Assembly: GCA_030149205.1 (NCBI GenBank)
Contig: JASBSB010000003.1
Location: 150,001 to 182,000 of the forward strand
Length of the DNA: 32,000 nucleotides
From: Candidatus Heimdallarchaeota archaeon
GTDB lineage: Archaea; Asgardarchaeota; Heimdallarchaeia; Heimdallarchaeales; Kariarchaeaceae
Direction of reading: 5' to 3'
The position numbers were made by a program, and so were the translations under genes. Below the pieces are notes generated by a model. The model was not told the origin of the DNA. It made no database searches and worked only from the letters and a program-made list of their open reading frames with translations. Positions 17,461-24,715 of this stretch are shown here, piece after piece; within the stretch, counting starts at the first letter, position 1; the number at the start of each line of letters is the position of its first letter.

Positions 17461-18558
17461 CTATCCGCTCTTCGATTCAATTACCATAGGAATTCGATTG
17501 AGTATTGAATTGAACCCAGGTCTAAATCCTAGGTAAAATGTAAAAAAGCCTAAGGTGATAAACCCTAAAACCGATACGTAATACGATGCAAAAACATACA
17601 TTGATAAAACAATATTGTTTCTTAAAAGCAAGAGTATTCCAATATCTAAAATAATGGAAAATATAAAGTAGCCCAAAACAAAAATTATCATAAGTTTTAA
17701 ACTTCGGTTAAAGCCAAGAGACTCTAGCCTATATCCAAAAAACCATCCCATTACTAAATAGAAGATCCATGATATGAAAATTCCAACTACACTTACAGTA
17801 AAAACATTTGGATTTGATATGTTAGCAACCATATCCTGAAGAAGAATATTTGGATTATAGAGTCGAATACTCAAAGGACCTAACAAAATCGAGATTACAC
17901 CCCAGTACACATATTGCGTAATAAAAATTGAGACAAGTTTACCCTTTGATGTTGGTTGAACTTCCAATCGCTTAGATTCGATTTGTACTGTTTCAATTTC
18001 TCTTTTCTTAACCTCAAATTGTGGTAAACCAGGAAGGCTAGGCATCGTTTTCTTTTCTTTATTAACAGAAATTTCTGCTTCAGGTTCCATTGGTAAAGAT
18101 CTACCATCCATAGATTCAGTTCTATCCTCAATTTTCTTATCGATATCATTAGGTGGATCACTAAATTCGAAATCAGGAATCTTAGGTAAAGATCTATTTG
18201 TCAATTTGTGTCCCTCTGGAGGTTCTGAATTGTCATCCCTACTTATCGGATCTCTTTGTGTTGATTCTTTTCCTGAAATGTCGGTTATATCATCGCTTGT
18301 ATTGAGATTATTTGGTTCGAAGTCTGGTAATTCAGGTAGCTGTCCTGGTTCTTTTTGTATCTCCTTGTTAACTTTAAAATCTTTATCCCCCAATTCCTTT
18401 AGAGAACTTAGATCAAGATTTTTCAATTTCTCTGGATTAATCTTTCCTTTTAGATCATCAATAGACCTGTCTTGAATTTGAAAACCACAATTAGAACATT
18501 GAGTATCATTAGTTGTGATTGTATTTCCACAGTTGGGACAGACCTTGTTTTTGCTCAC
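17461..18558 (-). CDS. Zinc-ribbon membrane protein with disordered Pro/acidic linker
   Basis: N-terminal CPNC-x10-CSNC, a ~180 aa low-complexity linker, and about 4 hydrophobic helices at the C-terminus. GTG start. Confidence 0.8.
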   Translation of the reverse strand: MSKNKVCPNCGNTITTNDTQCSNCGFQIQDRSIDDLKGKINPEKLKNLDLSSLKELGDKDFKVNKEIQKEPGQLPELPDFEPNNLNTSDDITDISGKESTQRDPISRDDNSEPPEGHKLTNRSLPKIPDFEFSDPPNDIDKKIEDRTESMDGRSLPMEPEAEISVNKEKKTMPSLPGLPQFEVKKREIETVQIESKRLEVQPTSKGKLVSIFITQYVYWGVISILLGPLSIRLYNPNILLQDMVANISNPNVFTVSVVGIFISWIFYLVMGWFFGYRLESLGFNRSLKLMIIFVLGYFIFSIILDIGILLLLRNNIVLSMYVFASYYVSVLGFITLGFFTFYLGFRPGFNSILNRIPMVIESKSG

Positions 18559-18642
18559 AATGTTTAAATCATCGTAAAAAATAAAAGCCTACTGTGTATC
18601 AAGAAAATTTTTGTTTTGTTCCATCCATAATTTAAACAAGGT

Positions 18643-19017
18643 TTAACTGAGTACTTTTCTCGCTTCCTCAGTTAATGATTTTATGTTCATTTCACGTAGA
18701 CCACTTACTTCCTCTCGGTTTGTGATAACTACCAAATTGTAACTTTCATTGATCTGTCGAACATAAATAAGAATATTTTCCTCCTCAATAAGGACAGACT
18801 TGAGTTTAAAGTTATCTCGTAATAAACTCTTGAGAATTGTGTTTGTGAAATCCATTATTTTTGCGGAAGTACCTTGTACCACCCCGGTGGGAAAGCTACT
18901 TGACACTTCAGCCATAACTAATGCCTGTTTAGAGTCAATTACACTTAAACCTAAGACTCCTTCTGTTCTTTCTTCAAATTTTTTCAATATTCCTTCGAGC
19001 TTTGACCCGATTGACAT
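18643..19017 (-). CDS. Roadblock/LC7 domain protein
   Basis: 124 aa: helix, GVLGLSVIDSKQALVMAE strands, helix, then SVLIEEENILIYVRQINESYNLVVIT strands and a terminal helix. Confidence 0.75.
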   Translation of the reverse strand: MSIGSKLEGILKKFEERTEGVLGLSVIDSKQALVMAEVSSSFPTGVVQGTSAKIMDFTNTILKSLLRDNFKLKSVLIEEENILIYVRQINESYNLVVITNREEVSGLREMNIKSLTEEARKVLS

Positions 19018-19187
19018 ATTAATTATTATTCAATAATTATAATTTAAGTTATCCGTATTGCTTGATACATTTAGAAAAAATTCAATTTAAATCTGAGTTG
19101 TAATTGATTAATATTTTTTAGGAACAGATTAAATTCACCAGTCTAATTTAAGTTATCTTTATCAATAAAAGAATAAGAATTCTAAAT

Positions 19188-20579
19188 ATGAGCTATCTCG
19201 AACGTGCAGTATTCGATTTTACTAAATCTGTTCTAACTGATGGGTTTAAAACCCTGTTAACCAAAAAATATCTCCCTTATACTCTAACTGCTCTAGTCAT
19301 TATTGTATTCAACTCCTTGCTCACCTTCTCAGAACTTATAAAATTAAATTTGATCACACCTCAAATTACAAACCTGCTCATTACAGTAGAGATTGCCCTT
19401 GCCACTGCGTTTATTATTGTGGGGCTATTCTTTTCAAGATTAAGCAACCTTATGCAATTAATCATAATATTCATCTCTACTCCAATATTTACCTGGATAT
19501 TCTCAATCCCCTTTGTGTCAGAAAATATATTGAATTACATAGTTGCATTCTATTTTATTGCCTGGTTGATAGTATCATCATTTTCTGAGTTTTCATTCAT
19601 GAGAGATCTACTGGGAAATTACGTGTTTGGAGGGGTTCTCTTCCTTGGTAAACCCAAAGATGATGGTAAACTTCTTTTTGGAGGGATTGTTGCTGTTATC
19701 ACAATTATCAATATTGGTATTGGCTTCTTTTTAGTCACCAGGTACAATAATTCAGTAGGTCTAAGCATTTTAGGATTTTTAATTATGCTAGTTGGGGTAA
19801 TTAATTTGATTCCTTTATTAAATTTACAAAGATCGGGTGATGTATTCTTCACTTCATTAGGATGGTATTACTCTTTAAATGTTATTAGAGCTATAAGCCT
19901 CATCGCCACCTTACTTTTTTTCTCTAACAACGCCACTTCCTCTTCACTTATTAGTACAGCTTTCACACTGTTTCTTGTCCTGTTTGCAGTACATAAAGCG
20001 GCACAATACAGCGTTAAGCTTGGTAAAAAGGTGAGTCTGAAAGATCAACTCTTATTGAATGATGATGCTGGTCGTGAAAAGCGACCTGAGCTTGGGTTAA
20101 TTTATCTGCTCTCAAGACTCTTTAAAGACAGAGGAATCGTCCTGCTCATCTTAGGATTTGTCCTTGGATTTCATACAACACAACTACAAATTCGGCTAAG
20201 AACTGGAACCTTTTTCTCAACCTTTATTTTAACAGAACAAATCAACCCAAATGTCTGGAGTAATCAGATATATCTATACACAGGAATGACCATTTATTTA
20301 TTTATGATAGGATTATTCTTTTTTTCTAAAAGCTTTAGGGACTATGCTAATCCCAGTATTTACAGAGCTGAATGGTTACCACCCTACGAAGATATGAAGG
20401 ACTTAATCTATGGCATTAAACGAGGAGAAGTTGATTATAAAACAAATTTATTGAAGATGACAGGTGGAATGATCAAAGACCAGCTAGGTAAAAAATTACT
20501 TGGAAGAGATACCAAACATGAACAGAGAATCAATAGCACCCTCAAATCTTTGATAAACAAAAGAAAAAATAAAAAATGA
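19188..20579 (+). CDS. Polytopic membrane protein of unknown function
   Basis: 463 aa with roughly 10-12 hydrophobic segments and a basic soluble C-terminus. No family motif recognised. Confidence 0.75.
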   Translation: MSYLERAVFDFTKSVLTDGFKTLLTKKYLPYTLTALVIIVFNSLLTFSELIKLNLITPQITNLLITVEIALATAFIIVGLFFSRLSNLMQLIIIFISTPIFTWIFSIPFVSENILNYIVAFYFIAWLIVSSFSEFSFMRDLLGNYVFGGVLFLGKPKDDGKLLFGGIVAVITIINIGIGFFLVTRYNNSVGLSILGFLIMLVGVINLIPLLNLQRSGDVFFTSLGWYYSLNVIRAISLIATLLFFSNNATSSSLISTAFTLFLVLFAVHKAAQYSVKLGKKVSLKDQLLLNDDAGREKRPELGLIYLLSRLFKDRGIVLLILGFVLGFHTTQLQIRLRTGTFFSTFILTEQINPNVWSNQIYLYTGMTIYLFMIGLFFFSKSFRDYANPSIYRAEWLPPYEDMKDLIYGIKRGEVDYKTNLLKMTGGMIKDQLGKKLLGRDTKHEQRINSTLKSLINKRKNKK

Positions 20580-20622
20580 TATCGGTCAATAATTTAGGGT
20601 TTATAAATATTATGCAACTACA

Positions 20623-20630
20623 TATAAATA
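20623..20630 (+). promoter_or_regulatory. Candidate TATA box
   Basis: TATAAATA ending 22 nt before the ATG at 20653, compatible with a near-leaderless transcript. A second TTTATAAATA lies at 20600-20609. Confidence 0.4.
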
Positions 20631-20652
20631 CCCGTTTTTAAACAATTAGAGT

Positions 20653-21486
20653 ATGTTAAAGTTCCGAATTTTTATCGATAAGAACAATGAAACACATGAA
20701 TCATTTGAGGAAGTGTTTAAGGAATTAAAAGAGACAGTAAACTCTAAAGATTTCACATATGAACTTTATGACATCAATGATGAGAAATCTCGTGATCTTG
20801 CGCTTAAAATTGATATTGATGAAGTGCCTGCATTAGTATTCAATCAGGTTAAAATCAGTGGACAATTAAATGAATATTTCTTACAAGCCTTAATTTCTCA
20901 AGTGTTAGCAATTGAATCAGAGGATCAAAAGATTACCAGTCTCTCATTAGATGGAGAAGAAGGAACTTTGAGACTCAACATAGCATCAAACTTGCTTCTC
21001 AAACAGAGTCAACTCCGAGAAGATACGAAGAGCTTCGTTATGCTGATCCGTGAAACACCGGATAAATTCAATATTCCGACTTTGAAGAACTTAGTCGAAT
21101 CAGGAACAACTATTTTTCTGTTAACAAACTTCAAAAAAGGAAAGAAAAACAAAGAGCTTGCCCAACTAGGGGAAAACCCTAATATTCTTACTGGCCACAT
21201 TATGAGAGACAATATACACATGACAATGAGTGTGACAATACGAAAGAACAGACCGTTTTTCGGTTCATATCTCCGTACTAAACTAAACACCGACAGTAAA
21301 TGGGTTGGTACTTGGTCACCACTCCTTCATGACACTGTAACCGAGCTAAAGAAGTTTTATATTCCTCTGTTCTCCACAGCATCTCCAGTTCAATTAGATG
21401 GAACAATAAATGAGCCAAGAGAAACCAATAGAGTGGTCGCGAAGGTCAAAGACAATATTGAAAGAGTTAAGACCTTGTTCTTTTAA
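20653..21486 (+). CDS. Cysteine-less thioredoxin/glutaredoxin-fold domain fused to an unknown alpha/beta domain
   Basis: The N-terminal ~85 aa show thioredoxin spacing with DEVPALVFN (cis-Pro loop) and ISGQL. There is no Cys anywhere in 277 aa. Confidence 0.6.
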   Translation: MLKFRIFIDKNNETHESFEEVFKELKETVNSKDFTYELYDINDEKSRDLALKIDIDEVPALVFNQVKISGQLNEYFLQALISQVLAIESEDQKITSLSLDGEEGTLRLNIASNLLLKQSQLREDTKSFVMLIRETPDKFNIPTLKNLVESGTTIFLLTNFKKGKKNKELAQLGENPNILTGHIMRDNIHMTMSVTIRKNRPFFGSYLRTKLNTDSKWVGTWSPLLHDTVTELKKFYIPLFSTASPVQLDGTINEPRETNRVVAKVKDNIERVKTLFF

Positions 21487-21571
21487 GAATAAGTAAAAAG
21501 TTATAAAATTTTCATACACCGCTAAATATTAAATAAGTTTATATTGCAAATCACACCCAATAGTATAGAGA

Positions 21572-21934
21572 ATGAATATTTTTGATGAGCTTCATATATT
21601 GGAGAAACTCAAGAGTGAAACTAATACAACAATTTTCATGAGTACATTTGATAAAGATGACACACTTTCTGCGTTGATGCACGAAACAATCTTATCATTT
21701 GATTCATGTGCTCAAATTTTAGAAACAAATTTTGAAGATCCAGAATTACATCTTACAAGAATTCTACTTGAAATCTCACGAATAGAGGCATTACTCAGAG
21801 CCTTTGTTGATCAGGTGGAATATTATTTGCAAATTGTTGAAGGAAAGCCCGATAAGTCAAAACTGTTCGATAGTGTCACAAAATTCATTAATCATTCATT
21901 TATAATTCTTGAGAAAATTGTAGTTGTAATTTAA
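21572..21934 (+). CDS. Hypothetical alpha-helical protein
   Basis: 120 aa ORF with ATG start filling the available space. No motif recognised. Confidence 0.6.
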   Translation: MNIFDELHILEKLKSETNTTIFMSTFDKDDTLSALMHETILSFDSCAQILETNFEDPELHLTRILLEISRIEALLRAFVDQVEYYLQIVEGKPDKSKLFDSVTKFINHSFIILEKIVVVI

Positions 21935-22413
21935 TAAACTGACAATTTAGAATTTTGAGAGTTGGGGAGAAGTCTTTTCAGAGCTAGTTGCCATTTCATT
22001 TGTATAAGATTGACCATATCAAAATACATAGATGAATCAGCAATTCCCAAAATTTGTGGTGGAGAAAATTTGGATAAGGTTAATTCTAGAGTGACATCTA
22101 TCTTTTTATTTCCAAAAGGTACTCGTACTAGAGCTGTTATTCCATCTATCACAGAAATATCTCCAAGAATTTCTACGATATTATCAAATAAAGAGTGAAA
22201 ATTCACATTGTGAGAGTCGCTTACCTCGATGATAATCATAGAATTAATGTATTTTCCAGTTACCCTGGAATCATTAAAAGTTTCAGTCAACTTTCCAGTG
22301 AAATCTTCATCAACCCCTAATAGATCTACTTGGACTGTTATTATCTCCCCGATCGATGAAAGTAGCTCGATCTCATACACAATACCATCGATTTGTTGCT
22401 TTATTGTTTTCAT
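21931..22413 (-). CDS. Hypothetical protein
   Basis: 160 aa ORF sharing a TTAA stop overlap with its convergent neighbour. No motif recognised. Confidence 0.6.
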   Translation of the reverse strand: MKTIKQQIDGIVYEIELLSSIGEIITVQVDLLGVDEDFTGKLTETFNDSRVTGKYINSMIIIEVSDSHNVNFHSLFDNIVEILGDISVIDGITALVRVPFGNKKIDVTLELTLSKFSPPQILGIADSSMYFDMVNLIQMKWQLALKRLLPNSQNSKLSVY

Positions 22414-22640
22414 TTCTTCTGAATTTATATATGCAAACTAGTATTAATACACTTTCAAAAAACCAGAATTTAGTTCAACTAAAATCAAATTTTCATTTTA
22501 CACAATATATCCACAACCAAAGGTGATTCTGCGCAAAAATAGCAATAATTTTAACCTTCAAACACATCTCTATAAATTTAATGAGATACAACCCACAGAC
22601 ATAATTTACACTACGTGGTGTCTGATTTGGAATATTTAGT

Positions 22641-22904
22641 ATATACACAACCCTACACAAACTTGCGTAACAGATTTCCTTGTAGTCTGATCCACTCACA
22701 CCTAAACAGGTCTAATACGACCTCAAAAAATATACAAATATACACAATAGCAAACAAATGAATACAAAAAAATACACAATACACACGAAAGATACAAGGA
22801 AAATACACAAAAATACACATAAAAATCCAACGAACTTGCATCAAGATTAAGCAGAGATGACCCTATAGAGAAAACCTTAAAAAACAATACACAAATATAC
22901 ACAA
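22641..22904 (+). repeat. Array of short ATACA(C/A) direct repeats, many about 10 bp apart
   Basis: ATACAC at 22643, 22740, 22772, 22779, 22803, 22813, 22887 and 22897; ATACAA at 22732, 22762 and 22792. Only 6 G in 22731-22830. Confidence 0.85.
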
Positions 22905-23438
22905 GTGAATAATCATTGGAAAAGGGAGGGACAAAAACAGGTTTCATTTTGGATAGATCTAGATTTAGAAGAGAAAATTCAGGAGTTTATCTCTGAGAAC
23001 CATATGACCAGATCAGGGTTTATCATTGCCGCCATTGAGGAATATCTAAAACCGGGATCAGACATTAAGTCACCTGGGTTGATCAAAGAAATGACTGAAA
23101 TAAAGCTGATGATTGAGGGATTGATTAGCTCAAAAAAGGCGCTTATACCACCAAAAACCTTCATCTCAGAAGAGTCTCATGAGAACATTGAATTCCCTGA
23201 AAGGCTAAACTCATATCTTAGGAACGCTAATCTGCAACCTTCACAAAAGAACCCTGTGAAGGAGACATTATTAGCAATTTTAAATTTCAATGGAAGTGCG
23301 ACTTCAGATCAAATTGCAACATTTAGAGGATTAAAAAGACCTGAGTCCATCAGAAGACAAATTGCTAAGTTAGTGAATGATGGAATTGTGGTTAAAGACA
23401 CATCAACAGTTCCCTTCAGGTATACCATAAAACAGTAA
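22905..23438 (+). CDS. DNA-binding protein: N-terminal ribbon-helix-helix (CopG-like) plus C-terminal winged HTH
   Basis: KQVSFWIDLDLEEKIQEFISENHMTRSGFIIAAIEEYL is a beta-helix-helix pattern with the T/S-R-S turn. ETLLAILNFNGSATSDQIATFRGLKRPESIRRQIAKLVNDGIVVKD...RYTI is a wHTH pattern. Confidence 0.75.
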   Translation: MNNHWKREGQKQVSFWIDLDLEEKIQEFISENHMTRSGFIIAAIEEYLKPGSDIKSPGLIKEMTEIKLMIEGLISSKKALIPPKTFISEESHENIEFPERLNSYLRNANLQPSQKNPVKETLLAILNFNGSATSDQIATFRGLKRPESIRRQIAKLVNDGIVVKDTSTVPFRYTIKQ

Positions 23439-23498
23439 ACTTATCAGTTGGCTTTGTTAGTATTCATAGAGTTAATATCTGTTAATCTATTGAAAACC

Positions 23499-23927
23499 AT
23501 GCCTTGGGAATATTTAGAAGAAGAAGCCATAGCCGATATCGGTATAAAAGTAACTTCAACTGAGCTAAACACCCTTTTTGAAGACTCAGTATTGTCTATT
23601 TGTAACCTGATGACAGACCTTAAGACATTCAATGCGGATCTTGAGAAAACTGAAAATTTTGAGGATAAATCTGTTGAAATGCTGTTGTATCAGGTATTAG
23701 AAGAAGTGGTGTATTTAAAGGACGCTGAGCTGTTTTTTGTAAAATCTAACAAAGTTAGAGTCTCCCCAGACAACGACCACTTCATCGCGACTGTTACATT
23801 TGTAGGTGGAAGATTTGATCCCTCGATACATGAAATTGGAAACGATATCAAGGCAATTACATTACATGATTTTTATGTAAAGAACACTAAAGATGGATTT
23901 GAGGCACATTTTATTATTGATATCTAG
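23499..23927 (+). CDS. Archease (RtcB tRNA ligase cofactor family)
   Basis: MPWEYLEEEAIADIGI at the N-terminus and DIKAITLH...AHFIIDI at the C-terminus. The ATG at 23499 fits the family length (142 aa) better than the upstream start. Confidence 0.88.
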   Translation: MPWEYLEEEAIADIGIKVTSTELNTLFEDSVLSICNLMTDLKTFNADLEKTENFEDKSVEMLLYQVLEEVVYLKDAELFFVKSNKVRVSPDNDHFIATVTFVGGRFDPSIHEIGNDIKAITLHDFYVKNTKDGFEAHFIIDI

Positions 23928-24715
23928 TCTTGGAATGTAACTTTTTCAATATCACTAGGAAGTGCGACAGAGTTGAATCCACCATCAACGAAAATAGTTT
24001 GACCAGAAATTCCAGAGCTTAAATCACTTAATAGGAACACTGCGGCCTTCCCAACATCATCCTGATAAACATTTCTTCTGAGGGGGGCCGTATGTTTCAT
24101 GAACCCTAGAATATTATCAAATCCGGGAACATGACTTGCAGCTAATGTTTTTATCGGTCCAGATGAAATAGCATTAATTCTGTGACCCGCAGTCCCTATA
24201 TCGTTTGAAAGTTCTCTCACAAAAGATTCTAATGCTGCCTTTGCAACACCCATTAACCGATATCCTGGTACAACACGTGTCGATCCCAGATATGTAAGGG
24301 TAATTATACTGCTGTTAGGATTTAATTTGCGAAGGCTATGTCTAACAATTCGCTGCAAAGAATATGCAGATATTGTTAACGCTGTATTAAAATCCGCTTC
24401 TGAGGTATATATTAAAGGTTTTTCAAGAGCTGAAGCGGGTGCGTAGCCTATGGCGTGAACAATCATATCGAATTTTCCCTCTAAGGAATTAAAAAAGTCC
24501 CGAACTTGCTCTTCATAGGCAACATCACATTCAGACATGTTTTCAACGAAATCAACATCTTTTGTTAAACCGTACAACCTTGATCTAAATCGTGTTTGAT
24601 ATGAGAGGGTAATTTTAGCCCCAGCTTTTGCAAGCCATTTACAGATCGCCCACGCGATACTATCTTCTGATGCCACTCCAAAAACAATGGCTCTTTTTCC
24701 TGTTAAATCAATCAT
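23924..24715 (-). CDS. fabI: Enoyl-[acyl-carrier-protein] reductase (NADH), FabI type
   Basis: Motifs GVASEDSIAWAI, VHAIGYAP, ISAYSL, catalytic Y-x6-K (YRLMGVAK), NAISSGPIKTLAA and VDGG. ATG at 24715, with GGAGG 9 nt upstream on the minus strand. Confidence 0.93.
   Translation of the reverse strand: MIDLTGKRAIVFGVASEDSIAWAICKWLAKAGAKITLSYQTRFRSRLYGLTKDVDFVENMSECDVAYEEQVRDFFNSLEGKFDMIVHAIGYAPASALEKPLIYTSEADFNTALTISAYSLQRIVRHSLRKLNPNSSIITLTYLGSTRVVPGYRLMGVAKAALESFVRELSNDIGTAGHRINAISSGPIKTLAASHVPGFDNILGFMKHTAPLRRNVYQDDVGKAAVFLLSDLSSGISGQTIFVDGGFNSVALPSDIEKVTFQD

Noticed and set aside
22507-22515. DnaA-box-like ATATCCACA suggesting a replication origin
   Set aside because: Single copy with a mismatch in AT-rich DNA. 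No ORB elements or cdc6/orc1/dnaA gene in the window.
22641-22904. CRISPR array or protein-coding interpretation of the AC-rich repeats (ORFs 22653-22844 and 22723-22947 on the minus strand)
   Set aside because: The units are 6-10 bp with no unique spacers and no cas genes nearby. The C/I/F/V/Y-rich ORFs are simply the translation of the repeat's complement.
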